NCBI GenBank assembly: GCA_965655625.1
Contig: CBFHHA010000006.1
Span: 11,745 to 75,744, forward strand
Length of the DNA: 64,000 nt
Reading direction: 5' to 3'
From: Flavobacteriales bacterium
GTDB lineage: Bacteria; Bacteroidota; Bacteroidia; Flavobacteriales_D; CAJJDF01
Shown: positions 40,295 through 50,418 of the stretch, piece by piece
Numbering within the stretch: the stretch's first letter is position 1
How the letters are laid out: the number at the start of each line of letters is the position of its first letter
Program-made: the position numbers and the translations under genes
The notes under the pieces: generated by a model
The model's database searches: none
The model's input: only the letters and a program-made list of their open reading frames with translations
What the model was told of the DNA's origin: nothing

Positions 40295-41680
40295 TTAAAG
40301 GGAGTTAATAAAGTCCGACAAGCAAAATAAGACATCGCGACTTATGGTGGTTTCAATTTTTTGATATTCGTCTGGCATGCCCGTATTAGAAGGTTGAAAT
40401 AAATGATTTAACTCTCCAAAAGTAGCAAAGCGTAAAGTTCTTCGCGAAAATAATCTTGAACGAGATTTACCCAAGGCCGATCTAATTTCCTTCATATTGG
40501 GATCGGTAGGAACTTGAACGTCTTTTCCTCCGCCAACTGCCAACACAGAACATCTCACTTTTGAAAGGTAATTCTCCGGAACCACAGACACAAAACTTTT
40601 GTACCAAGCCCCATCAAGTAGGTCGAACTGAGCAGAGACAAGGGTCTTTTCCTCGGTCTCAGACAATCCTTTTTGCTCAGAAAAATCCATTAACACTTTT
40701 TTCAATTTCAAGCTTTTTTGATCTCCTTCGTAAGCAATTACCACACTGTCAATGGACGAAAACAGTTGTTTTTGCTCAAGAATTAGTTCGTCAGAAAGCC
40801 CTTGATCTTTATAAATTGCTTCTCTCTGAAGATGCATCATTTCGGTGATGGGCATACCTGGCGCTCCCATCATAATGACAAAATCAATTAGTTTCTTGTT
40901 ATTGCTTGCAAACTTAGGCGCAAGAATTCCACCTTCGCTGTGACCCAATATGCCCAGTTTATTTACTTCTTTTCGTTTGCCAATCACCTCGATTACAGAT
41001 TCTAAATCGGTATACAAATCCGACAAATCCGCCCCTCTATATTCTCCAGTAGATTTGCCCACTCCTCTTTCATCATACCGAAATGACCCAATCCCTTGTT
41101 TGGCCAAATGATCCGCTATTACCGCAAACAACTTATGCCCAAAAATTTCTGAATCACGATTTTGAGGACCACTTCCCGAAACCAAAACAACCACAGGAAA
41201 TGCTCCTGATTGGCTGGGCAAAGTCAGGGTTCCGCTCAAAGTCAAAGAATCCTTTTTGTTCTTTATCAAGATTTCTTCGGTGTAGTAATCTATCTCGCCA
41301 ATTAGTGTTTGAGGTCTTTTGAGTTTTTCTTGAACAAACTCACCAAGCGACATAGCTAAATCCAACTCAAACCCATTTTGTTTGAACACGCCAAGCAAAG
41401 AATCTTTGCTATGAATTCCCTCGTAGGCTATTCCTAATTTGGACAAACCAAAAAAGAAGGACGAATCAGAAATGTAAACGGAATCACACCAAAAGTCAAG
41501 CGAAGGATTAGATTCAGCTTGCAAAGAGACTTTATATGTCGAATTGTTTCGTTCTACCTTGAAAAAAACTTTTTGAGTCGTTCCCATGGCCGATAAATCT
41601 CCTTTCCATGTACCTTCTGTGATTTGAGAAACCGACCAATAAGAGGAAAAAAGAAGAAGAAAAAGAATAAATTGTTTCAT
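40295..41680 (-). CDS. Secreted alpha/beta hydrolase
   Basis: Signal peptide, SGSGPQNRD, GHSEGG nucleophile elbow, KDVQV, LNHLFQ. Confidence 0.88.
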   Translation of the reverse strand: MKQFILFLLLFSSYWSVSQITEGTWKGDLSAMGTTQKVFFKVERNNSTYKVSLQAESNPSLDFWCDSVYISDSSFFFGLSKLGIAYEGIHSKDSLLGVFKQNGFELDLAMSLGEFVQEKLKRPQTLIGEIDYYTEEILIKNKKDSLTLSGTLTLPSQSGAFPVVVLVSGSGPQNRDSEIFGHKLFAVIADHLAKQGIGSFRYDERGVGKSTGEYRGADLSDLYTDLESVIEVIGKRKEVNKLGILGHSEGGILAPKFASNNKKLIDFVIMMGAPGMPITEMMHLQREAIYKDQGLSDELILEQKQLFSSIDSVVIAYEGDQKSLKLKKVLMDFSEQKGLSETEEKTLVSAQFDLLDGAWYKSFVSVVPENYLSKVRCSVLAVGGGKDVQVPTDPNMKEIRSALGKSRSRLFSRRTLRFATFGELNHLFQPSNTGMPDEYQKIETTISRDVLFCLSDFINSL

Positions 41681-41913
41681 TGTGTCAGTTTGAAAATCAA
41701 ATTTACTATACTTCGGAGATAATAACCATAAATACGAAGTCGATTTTTTTTTGTGATTGGGTAAAGAGAGCAGAAAAAAACTTATCAGGTATAACTATTT
41801 GAAGGAATAGAAGAAATAAGATTCAATTTCATCACAAAATTGGATTAAAAACCCCTTTTATTTGGCAAGATTTTTGATAGAACAGAAACCCACAACTAAC
41901 TGATCATTTTTTC

Positions 41914-44325
41914 ATGTTTCGAACCCTTATTTTTTTTATTTTTTTCCAAGTTTGGACTCTACTGGTTTCAGGGCAAACTGTAACAGTTACGAACTATTCC
42001 ACTTCGGACCCCATAGAAAACGTAAGAGTAACCAACAACGACCTCACGATCGAATTATTTACGGACAAGAAAGGATCAGTTTCCCTCAATGATTTCAACC
42101 TAAAGGAATTGATTTATTTCTCTCACCCTTCTTTTGAATCCGTTACCTTGAGCTTTGCACAAGTAATAGAAAGCAACTACCAGGTAATTCTTTTTGACGA
42201 AATATTACTGCCACAAATTGACATAAAACCTCCTCGAGAAAACACTCACGAAGATTTTTCTTCAGTAAGAATCAACAAAATCTCTCTTCAGGATATTCGC
42301 CTCACCATTCCTCAAACCTCGGCAGATATGCTCCAAAAAAACACAAATATTCTTGTACAAAAAAGCCAGTCTGGCAGTGGAAGTCCAATAATTAGAGGGT
42401 TTGAAGCAAACAAAATCTTGCTGGTGGTAGATGGAGTGCGCATGAACAACGCCATATACAGAAGCGGTCATTTGCAAAACGCCATTACGGTGGATGCAAA
42501 TATCTTACAAAATGCGGATGTGTTTTATGGACCAGGATCGGTTATTTATGGGAGTGACGCATTGGGAGGTGTTATTCATTTTCACACGAAAAACCCAGAA
42601 TTTTCGGTTGATTCTACTCTATTTACTTCGGCAAATGCCATGGCCAGAATTGGTTCGGCCAACGGAGAACAAACCTACCACGCAGATGTAAATATTGGAG
42701 GTCAAAAACTCGCTTCCCTTACTTCTGTTACGTTCAGCTCCTTTGAGGATTTCACAATGGGAAAAAATAGAAATCACGGCTATGAAGATTTCGGAAAAAT
42801 ATACCAATTCACACAAGTTACCGATAAGGGAGATAAAGTAGTGACGAATACAGATAAAAATACAATGCCTCGGACTGGGTATTCTCAATTGGACTTACTA
42901 CAAAAACTAAATTACAAGGTAAAGAAAGGGGTAAATCTTGGGCTCAACTTGCAATATTCAACTTCGAGCGACATCAATCGATTTGATAAACTGAATGAAT
43001 ACAGGAATGGAGCGCTTCGTTTTTCTGAGTGGTCCTACGGACCTCAAAACAGATTGCTTACCTCGTTAAAACTGGAGAACAAAAACGAATCGAGATTTAC
43101 TGACTACTATACAGTTATTGGTGCGTTTCAAAAAATAGACGAAGACAGAATATCAAGAAGTTTTGGCTCTACGAGTTTGTTTACAGAAATGGAAGATGTT
43201 TATGTGTATAGCATAAATGCTGACTTTCTCAAAAAACTCTCTACCAACGAAGTGTTGTATTATGGAGCGGAGGTTACCCACAACAATGTAGTCTCTACGG
43301 CCACAGAAAAAAACCTATTAACCCAAGAATCGAACCCTACGCAAACAAGGTATCCTGGAGGAGAAAACAGAATTACTTCACTAGCTCTGTACACAACCAT
43401 TGACAAAAAGATAACCAACAAGTTAATCGTTAATCTGGGTGCGCGTTACAGTCACTTTGTGAATTTTTCTGAGTTATCAGATTCCACTTTTACAGAATTC
43501 CCATTTCGTACTATCGATTTTAATACGGGAGCTTTGTCCGGTAGTTTTAGTGTTAAATACGAGGAAAAAAGCGGTCTCAGGATTGAATTGATTGGATCTT
43601 CTGGATTTAGAGCACCTAATGTAGATGACTACGGAAAGGTATTCGAAAGAAACGGAAACCTTGTTGTGCCAAACAACTATCTGAAACCAGAATTTGTGTA
43701 CACGGGAGAACTTAATCTTTCAAAAAAATGGGTGAAAAATGAACGAGAATACCTTCAAGTGAAAGCAGCAGGTTTCTTCACCTCATTAACCAATGCACTG
43801 GTGTTGACCAATTACACATTGAATGGAAACGACTCGGTTACATACAGAGGTGATCGCGTGAACTTAGTTTCAAATCAAAATGTGAATGCTGCCATGATTT
43901 ACGGAGGTTCTTTTGACGTAAGACTCGCTCTTACATCCTACCTTAAATTAATTGGAGCAATCAACTACACAGTAGGAAGAAATTTAACTGACGACACTCC
44001 GTTGTCGCACATTCCTCCCGTTTTTGGAAGAGCTTCTCTTCACTACACCAGTAAGAAGTTACAAATTCAGCTCGCTACACAATTCAATGGAACCAAAAGA
44101 ATGGAGGATTACGGAACAGACGGAACAGATAATCCTGAGGAAGCTACCGTAGATGGAACGCCAGCTTGGAGTACATTTAATTTATATGCCACTTACAAAA
44201 TAACACCTAAATTTAGCGTTCAGGCAGGAATAGAAAACATCTTAGACACTCACTACAAACAGTTTGCATCAGGTGTAAGCGCATTGGGTAGAAATTTCAC
44301 AATTGCCCTGAGAGGAAACTTCTAA
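41914..44325 (+). CDS. TonB-dependent receptor (heme/hemoglobin-receptor-like subfamily)
   Basis: GSPIIRGFEAN, YGSDALGGVI, FRAPN, C-terminal GNF. Confidence 0.88.
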   Translation: MFRTLIFFIFFQVWTLLVSGQTVTVTNYSTSDPIENVRVTNNDLTIELFTDKKGSVSLNDFNLKELIYFSHPSFESVTLSFAQVIESNYQVILFDEILLPQIDIKPPRENTHEDFSSVRINKISLQDIRLTIPQTSADMLQKNTNILVQKSQSGSGSPIIRGFEANKILLVVDGVRMNNAIYRSGHLQNAITVDANILQNADVFYGPGSVIYGSDALGGVIHFHTKNPEFSVDSTLFTSANAMARIGSANGEQTYHADVNIGGQKLASLTSVTFSSFEDFTMGKNRNHGYEDFGKIYQFTQVTDKGDKVVTNTDKNTMPRTGYSQLDLLQKLNYKVKKGVNLGLNLQYSTSSDINRFDKLNEYRNGALRFSEWSYGPQNRLLTSLKLENKNESRFTDYYTVIGAFQKIDEDRISRSFGSTSLFTEMEDVYVYSINADFLKKLSTNEVLYYGAEVTHNNVVSTATEKNLLTQESNPTQTRYPGGENRITSLALYTTIDKKITNKLIVNLGARYSHFVNFSELSDSTFTEFPFRTIDFNTGALSGSFSVKYEEKSGLRIELIGSSGFRAPNVDDYGKVFERNGNLVVPNNYLKPEFVYTGELNLSKKWVKNEREYLQVKAAGFFTSLTNALVLTNYTLNGNDSVTYRGDRVNLVSNQNVNAAMIYGGSFDVRLALTSYLKLIGAINYTVGRNLTDDTPLSHIPPVFGRASLHYTSKKLQIQLATQFNGTKRMEDYGTDGTDNPEEATVDGTPAWSTFNLYATYKITPKFSVQAGIENILDTHYKQFASGVSALGRNFTIALRGNF

Positions 44326-44418
44326 TTGATTAGACCCAAATTTTTGAGTCATCTATTTTTAACTGTTAATAAGCTATTTTTGTATCTTTAGCCTTCCACA
44401 TAATGGAACTACCTCAGA

Positions 44419-45375
44419 ATGAGTAAAAGAGCAAAGTATAAATACGACCCCAACACGCTCCAATATCAAAAAATAGAACTTACCCTCAAGGGAATTCTGT
44501 TAAAAATATTGAAATACGTGGCGGTTGGTGTTTTCATTGCTGGACTCATTATTTTAGTGTCCTATCCATTTATTAAGGACTACTCCACCAGAAAAGCACA
44601 AAAGGAAATTGAATACCTCAAAGCAAATTACGAATTGCTTAATTCAGAGATGGATACGATGGTTTCGGTTTTAAAAAACCTTCAAGAAACGGACAATAAT
44701 TTGTATCGAGTAATTTTTGAAGCAGAACCCTACAAAAACAAAGAATTAACCCGAAAAAACCTTGTAGAAAGGAGAACGCATCAAGACTATGTAATTGCCT
44801 TGAAGGAGCGGATCAATTCAATTTCGACCAGTATTGTCGGTCAATCCAAATCATTTGACGAATTAATTAAACTAGCTCTTAACAAAGAAAAAATGTTACA
44901 ATCGGTTCCTTCGATAATACCGATTGGCGACAAAGAACTCACGCGGCTATCTTCTACTTTTGGCATCCGAAACGACCCAATTTACAACGTTCCAAAAATG
45001 CACTCCGGACTGGATTTTACAGCCCCCACAGGATCCAAGATTTATGCAACCGGAGATGGAATAATAGAAACGATGGAGTATAGCACAGGAGGGTACGGAA
45101 ACCATATCGTAATTGACCATGGTTTTGGGTATAAATCTCACTACGCCCATTTAAGTAAATTCGAAACAAAACGAAATCGAAAAGTGAAAAGAGGAGAGCT
45201 CATCGGTCGAGTAGGAAGCACAGGAAAATCAACGGCTCCCCACCTGCATTACGAAGTCATAAAAAACGGAAACAAAATTGACCCGATCAACTTCTTTTTT
45301 ACTGATATTACCCCTGAACAATATTCACAATTAATAGAAAAAGCCAAAAATATGGGTGGCTCTTCTTTAGATTAA
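44419..45375 (+). CDS. M23 family metallopeptidase
   Basis: HSGLDF, YAHL, HLHYEV; N-terminal TM and coiled coil. Confidence 0.93.
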   Translation: MSKRAKYKYDPNTLQYQKIELTLKGILLKILKYVAVGVFIAGLIILVSYPFIKDYSTRKAQKEIEYLKANYELLNSEMDTMVSVLKNLQETDNNLYRVIFEAEPYKNKELTRKNLVERRTHQDYVIALKERINSISTSIVGQSKSFDELIKLALNKEKMLQSVPSIIPIGDKELTRLSSTFGIRNDPIYNVPKMHSGLDFTAPTGSKIYATGDGIIETMEYSTGGYGNHIVIDHGFGYKSHYAHLSKFETKRNRKVKRGELIGRVGSTGKSTAPHLHYEVIKNGNKIDPINFFFTDITPEQYSQLIEKAKNMGGSSLD

Positions 45376-45384
45376 GAAACAACA

Positions 45385-45720
45385 ATGGAACCAATCAAAC
45401 TAAATGATGAAAAAATCTTTTACTCCATTGGAGAAGTGGCAAAAATGTTTAATGTAAATGCTTCCCTCATTCGATTTTGGGAAAAAGAATTCAAACAAAT
45501 TGCTCCAAAGAAAACAGAGAGTGGCAAGCGAAAATTTACACAAAAAGACATTCGAATATTTGAAAAAATATATGAATTAGTGAAAGAAAAGGGATTCACT
45601 TTAGCCGGAGCGAAAGAAGAATTGAAAGCCTCTAAAAAAAATAACTCCAAAATATCACAAATCGAGTTGAAACTCACTCAGATTAAAACTACTTTAGTGG
45701 AACTTTTAAAAGAGCAATAA
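45385..45720 (+). CDS. MerR family transcriptional regulator
   Basis: YSIGEVAKMFNVNASLIRFWE HTH. Confidence 0.9.
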   Translation: MEPIKLNDEKIFYSIGEVAKMFNVNASLIRFWEKEFKQIAPKKTESGKRKFTQKDIRIFEKIYELVKEKGFTLAGAKEELKASKKNNSKISQIELKLTQIKTTLVELLKEQ

Positions 45721-45748
45721 GCCAAAAAAAAGTCAATAACCCGAATAA

Positions 45749-46171
45749 ATGAAAGAAGTCACAATTATTAGGAGAGAGCGCTTTTGCTCTGCTCACAAAC
45801 TATGGAACCCTGATTGGGATGCAAAAAAAAACGAAGAGACTTTTGGCGGCTGTTCCAATCCAAATTGGCATGGACACAATTATGAATTAATTGTAAAAGT
45901 AGCTGGAGAAATTGAGCCAGAGACAGGGTTCGTAATGAACCTAAAAACTTTATCGAAAATATTGAAACACAAAGTCATCAATAAGCTAGACCACAAAAAC
46001 CTAAATATGGATGTGGACTTCCTAAAAGATAAAAGAACCACTACCGAAGTTGTTGCTGTGGCGATTTGGGAAGAAATTGAACAAGAAATAAAAGAAAAAG
46101 GAGGTAAATTAATAAGCGTGCGAGTAAACGAAACTGAAAACAACTCAGTAGAGTACTTTGGCGAAAAATAA
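45749..46171 (+). CDS. 6-pyruvoyl-tetrahydropterin synthase family (PTPS-II-type CxxxxxHGH motif)
   Basis: [33 protein letters not shown]. Confidence 0.9.
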   Translation: MKEVTIIRRERFCSAHKLWNPDWDAKKNEETFGGCSNPNWHGHNYELIVKVAGEIEPETGFVMNLKTLSKILKHKVINKLDHKNLNMDVDFLKDKRTTTEVVAVAIWEEIEQEIKEKGGKLISVRVNETENNSVEYFGEK

Positions 46172-46175
46172 GAAA

Positions 46176-46772
46176 ATGGGATACAAAAAAACAGAAGAAT
46201 ACGACCAAGAGAAAACAGAAAAGATGTCTGGTTTTTACCAAGAAATCTTAAAAGATTTAGGTGAAAATCCTGAGCGCGAGGGATTACTAAAAACACCAGA
46301 AAGAGTAGCAAAAGCATTGCAATTTTTGACTCATGGATACGACATTGACCCAAGCGAGATTATTAAATCCGCCATGTTTAATGAAGACTACAGCCAGATG
46401 GTACTAGTAAAAGACATTGAAGTGTATTCTATGTGTGAGCATCACATGCTTCCATTTTTTGGAAAAGCACATATTGCCTACATCCCAAATGGAAAAATTG
46501 TGGGATTGAGCAAGCTGCCGAGAGTAGTGGATGCATTTGCGAGAAGATTGCAAGTACAAGAAAGGTTAACGAACGAAATAAGAGATTGTATTCACGAAAC
46601 CTTGCAACCCCTGGGAGTTGCTGTGGTGATAGAAGCGAGTCACATGTGTATGCAAATGAGAGGAGTTGAAAAACAAAACTCTGTCACAACTACTTCTGCT
46701 TTTACTGGACAATTTACTGACAAAACAACTAGGCAAGAATTCATAAAATTAGTATCTTCGAAATTACATTAA
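46176..46772 (+). CDS. folE: GTP cyclohydrolase I
   Basis: [39 protein letters not shown]; ATG 46176 preferred over TTG 46158. Confidence 0.96.
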   Translation: MGYKKTEEYDQEKTEKMSGFYQEILKDLGENPEREGLLKTPERVAKALQFLTHGYDIDPSEIIKSAMFNEDYSQMVLVKDIEVYSMCEHHMLPFFGKAHIAYIPNGKIVGLSKLPRVVDAFARRLQVQERLTNEIRDCIHETLQPLGVAVVIEASHMCMQMRGVEKQNSVTTTSAFTGQFTDKTTRQEFIKLVSSKLH

Positions 46773-46788
46773 TTAAATTTTAAAGACA

Positions 46789-47517
46789 ATGGAAGAAAGA
46801 AATCAATTCAACTCGATTCTTGATGCAGTGGCACAAGAAAAAACAATGGCAAAATCTTTCATGGCGAACGTATTTTCGTACATGTTTCTTGGGTTAATGC
46901 TCACTGGTTTTATCTCGTGGTATTTTGCCGATTCGGGAATGATATTTACTTACCTATTCGATAGGCAAACAGGAAGCCCTACCGCACTCTATTACATAGC
47001 AGCCTTTGCTCCTCTTGGATTTGTTCTTATTATGGGAATGGGATACAAACGACTGAGCGCTTCGGCAATGCTTGTGTTGTTCCTTGCCTTTGCCACGCTC
47101 ATGGGAGTTAGTTTAAGCACAATCTTCGTTACGTATAGCATGGGCGATGTTTCTACCGCTTTTTTCTCTGCGTCTTCGGTTTTTGCAGTAATGGCTGTGG
47201 TTGGGTACACCACCACTACTGACCTAACTAAACTAGGAAACATTTTGTACATGGGACTTATTGCTATTCTTATCGCCATGGTCATCAACTTCTTTATGCA
47301 AAGTAGCATGATGAGTTACGTAATCAGTGTAATTGGAGTCATTATCTTTACCGGACTTACCGCTTATGATGTACAAAAACTAAAGCGTATTGGAGAAGGT
47401 GCTGAAATTGGAACCGCCTCTACAAGAAAAAGAGCCATTTATGGAGCGCTTGACTTATACTTGGACTTTATCAATCTATTTTTATTCTTACTCAGATTAA
47501 TTGGAGGAAGAGACTAA
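46789..47517 (+). CDS. Bax inhibitor-1/YccA family membrane protein
   Basis: About 7 TM helices, TAYDVQKLK, ALDLYLDFINLF. Confidence 0.92.
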   Translation: MEERNQFNSILDAVAQEKTMAKSFMANVFSYMFLGLMLTGFISWYFADSGMIFTYLFDRQTGSPTALYYIAAFAPLGFVLIMGMGYKRLSASAMLVLFLAFATLMGVSLSTIFVTYSMGDVSTAFFSASSVFAVMAVVGYTTTTDLTKLGNILYMGLIAILIAMVINFFMQSSMMSYVISVIGVIIFTGLTAYDVQKLKRIGEGAEIGTASTRKRAIYGALDLYLDFINLFLFLLRLIGGRD

Positions 47518-47569
47518 AATAAATTTGTAACAACTACGAGTTTCATTACTTTTACAAAAAAAATAACAC

Positions 47570-47665
47570 ATGTCAGATAATTATTTTCACGAAAACTCAG
47601 GAATCATAGGATACGTATACACTGCTGTAGCAATTTTGGTTGTGGGATATTTGATTTTCTTCTAG
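47570..47665 (+). CDS. Putative 31-aa single-TM small protein (not in ORF track)
   Basis: MSDNYFHENSGIIGYVYTAVAILVVGYLIFF*; A-rich leader and TTTG-N19-TACTTTTA promoter-like sequence upstream. Confidence 0.5.
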   Translation: MSDNYFHENSGIIGYVYTAVAILVVGYLIFF

Positions 47666-47722
47666 GTCTTCATTTGACTAATTAATTGAGGAGATTTTTT
47701 TGACTCCTACATCACATTCTGT

Positions 47723-49216
47723 ATGCCATTCGACACTATTTTTTCTTGGATAATTAAGAAAAGAATAGAACAAATAGAGCAGTTCACTAACCATCCTATT
47801 GAGGCTCAACAAACAGTATTGCACGATCTTTTGGGCAAAGCGAAACACACTGAAATAGGAATTGAACATGGGTTTCCCGATATTGGAACCTACTATGATT
47901 TTAAGAAAAATGTACCACTTCGCACCTACGAAGATTTCACCCCTTACATCAATAAATCAATTGCAGGAGAAGAAAATATCTTGTGGCCTGGAAAAACACA
48001 CTGGTTTTCGAAATCATCGGGCACCACAGATGCCAAAAGTAAATTCATTCCTGTAACTCAAGAAGCAATTCAGGATTGCCATTACAAAGGTGGCAAAGAT
48101 CTGCTGAGCATCTATTACCACAACAATCCTTCGGCAAAACTATTTTCTGGAAAACACCTTATTTTAGGTGGAAACACTTCACTCAATAAATTAAATCAAG
48201 ACAGTTATTTTGGTGATTTATCTGCTATTATAGTAAAAAACCTACCCTTTTGGGCCGAAATAAGAAGAACACCTAGTAAAGAGATTACCTTGATGGAAAA
48301 TTGGGAAGAGAAGATTGATAAAATGGCCAAAGCTTCGCTTAAAGAAGACGTAAAGATAATTGCTGGCGTGCCTTCCTGGATGTTAGTGTTATTGAACAAA
48401 ATCAGCGAAGTTTCGCAAGGCAAAAGGCTCACCGAAATATGGCCGAATCTAGAATTGTACATGCACGGAGGTGTAAACTTTGAGCCCTACCGCAATCAGT
48501 TCGAATCCATCCTTCATTCCCAAAAACTCAATTATTACCAAACCTACAACGCATCCGAAGGTTTTTTCTCGCTTCAGAATAAAAACAAAGCAGAAGATAT
48601 GCTGCTCATGTTAGACTACGGTATTTTTTACGAATTTATTCCGATGGATAAATTCGATGGCACAGAGTCAGAAACTATTGAATTGCAGGAAGTAGAATTG
48701 AATAAAAATTACGCACTCGTTATCAGTACCAATGGAGGACTGTGGAGGTATATCGTGGGAGATACCGTAAAATTTACTTCGCTTTCACCTTTCAAAATAC
48801 AAGTAACAGGCCGAACCAAGCACTTTATTAATGCCTTTGGCGAAGAACTAATTATCGAAAATACAGATAGAGCGATTGCCAGTGCTTGCAAAGAAACCAA
48901 CAGTGGATTCAAAGAATATACGGTTGCACCAAACTATCTAGAAGGCAAGGAAAAAGGAGCTCACGAATGGGTGATCGAATTCACTTCACCGCCAAAAAAT
49001 CTGGAGGAATTTGCCGAAATTTTAGACAAGAAGTTAATGGAGCTAAATTCGGATTATGAAGCCAAAAGAAACATGATTTTGAAAGCGCCAATTGTTCATT
49101 TGGCAGCACCCAATACTTTTCAAAAATGGCTCAAAGAAAAAGGAAAACTGGGTGGACAAAATAAAATACCTCGACTAAAGAATGACCGAGTCTTTATGGA
49201 AGAAATACTCTCCTAA
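47723..49216 (+). CDS. GH3 auxin-responsive-promoter family protein (acyl-adenylate/amido synthetase fold)
   Basis: KSSGTT..KFIP, YNASEGFF, GLWRYIVGD, GQNKIPRL. Confidence 0.92.
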   Translation: MPFDTIFSWIIKKRIEQIEQFTNHPIEAQQTVLHDLLGKAKHTEIGIEHGFPDIGTYYDFKKNVPLRTYEDFTPYINKSIAGEENILWPGKTHWFSKSSGTTDAKSKFIPVTQEAIQDCHYKGGKDLLSIYYHNNPSAKLFSGKHLILGGNTSLNKLNQDSYFGDLSAIIVKNLPFWAEIRRTPSKEITLMENWEEKIDKMAKASLKEDVKIIAGVPSWMLVLLNKISEVSQGKRLTEIWPNLELYMHGGVNFEPYRNQFESILHSQKLNYYQTYNASEGFFSLQNKNKAEDMLLMLDYGIFYEFIPMDKFDGTESETIELQEVELNKNYALVISTNGGLWRYIVGDTVKFTSLSPFKIQVTGRTKHFINAFGEELIIENTDRAIASACKETNSGFKEYTVAPNYLEGKEKGAHEWVIEFTSPPKNLEEFAEILDKKLMELNSDYEAKRNMILKAPIVHLAAPNTFQKWLKEKGKLGGQNKIPRLKNDRVFMEEILS

Positions 49217-49421
49217 GAATACGATCACATTTCATTGGTTTTTACCATCAATTAAGACGAGTAGGTAACAATCCTATTCCCAAAAAATAACGGGAAAAAT
49301 TGTTCAATTTGGTTAGTCAATAGTTAAAACGTGCATCTAAAGCAAAATAAACCACCCTAACTCAATAGCATTTCCCATTTTTTGTATGTTTTGTTTTAAG
49401 TCCTTTATTAAAACAAACAAG

Positions 49422-50384
49422 ATGAAAAATTTAACGTATTTATTTCTCCCCCTTTTTATCGCCCTACAGGTAAGCGCCCAACAAAATGACATGTGGATCA
49501 AGACTCCATTTCTTGGAGGAAATTCAACTTTCCCTCCTACCTACCAAAGAGCTTCTTTTGAACTCGATTTTTCAAACTATGCCAACAACACGTATTTCAA
49601 CCATAGCCGTCCGTTACTCAGAATTTCTGAAATTAAAGAACTAGGAAGCGGTGTTTTATCTCCTCCCAAAAGAGACGTGTTGCTTTTCATGACTTCAACA
49701 GGTCGTTTTGGATTATCAACTCCCTCACCAAATTCCCTGTTTCATTTGCACAAAACTGGAAGTAAAAAAGGGTTGTTTACGCTTTCTTTCACCTCCGCAA
49801 CTGGAGCTCAAATAAACTCGAGCGAACTGGGAATCAACTCAACCAACCAAAGTTATTGGCTCGCAGGAGCTACTGCAATTGGCGGTAACAAGTCCTTGTT
49901 CAGTCCCGGATTTACTACGGCTAGTAAAATTGAATTTGACAACGAAGGCATTTCTTTCTTTTCCTGCTCAAAACAAGGAACTTCCCCCATCATTTCTTCT
50001 ACAAACTGGAAAAAAGGAATGACCATTGACAAACTGGGCAGAGTGAGAATTGGAACACAATCCTTACTAGGAGGCTCGCACAAGGACTTCAAATTATCAG
50101 TAGATGGGAAAATAGTAGCAAAAAAAATCATTGTGACAAACGGACCTGAATGGGCCGACTATGTTTTTGCTCCCGATTACTTTTTAATGCCTCTTTCTGA
50201 TTTAAAATTATTCATTGATAAAAATCATCACCTACCAAATGTCCCCAGCGCTACTGAAATTACTGAAAAAGGCGTGGATGTATTTGAAATGAATAAAATT
50301 TTGTTAGAAAAAATAGAAGAAATGACATTGCATCTAATTCAAATGGAAGAAAGAATGAAAGTCTTAGAAAATAGAGAAGATTGA
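49422..50384 (+). CDS. Exported fibre-like protein with C-terminal WADYVF/coiled-coil domain
   Basis: Signal peptide (VSA-Q); GRFGLSTPSP and GRVRIGT repeats; KLSVDGKIVAK..WADYVF..HLPNVPSA..LLEKIEEMTL; start reassigned to ATG 49422. Confidence 0.75.
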   Translation: MKNLTYLFLPLFIALQVSAQQNDMWIKTPFLGGNSTFPPTYQRASFELDFSNYANNTYFNHSRPLLRISEIKELGSGVLSPPKRDVLLFMTSTGRFGLSTPSPNSLFHLHKTGSKKGLFTLSFTSATGAQINSSELGINSTNQSYWLAGATAIGGNKSLFSPGFTTASKIEFDNEGISFFSCSKQGTSPIISSTNWKKGMTIDKLGRVRIGTQSLLGGSHKDFKLSVDGKIVAKKIIVTNGPEWADYVFAPDYFLMPLSDLKLFIDKNHHLPNVPSATEITEKGVDVFEMNKILLEKIEEMTLHLIQMEERMKVLENRED

Positions 50385-50418
50385 AAACCATTTTTCATTA
50401 TTTGCCAAAAAATAAGGT

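Noticed and set aside
45880-46353. 157-aa antisense ORF and the many other 60-130 aa shadow ORFs in the track
   Set aside because: They overlap well-supported genes on the opposite strand or frame and have no recognisable motifs
49422-50384. Prophage remnant suggested by the tail-fibre-like domain
   Set aside because: The protein has a Sec signal peptide and no other phage genes are present
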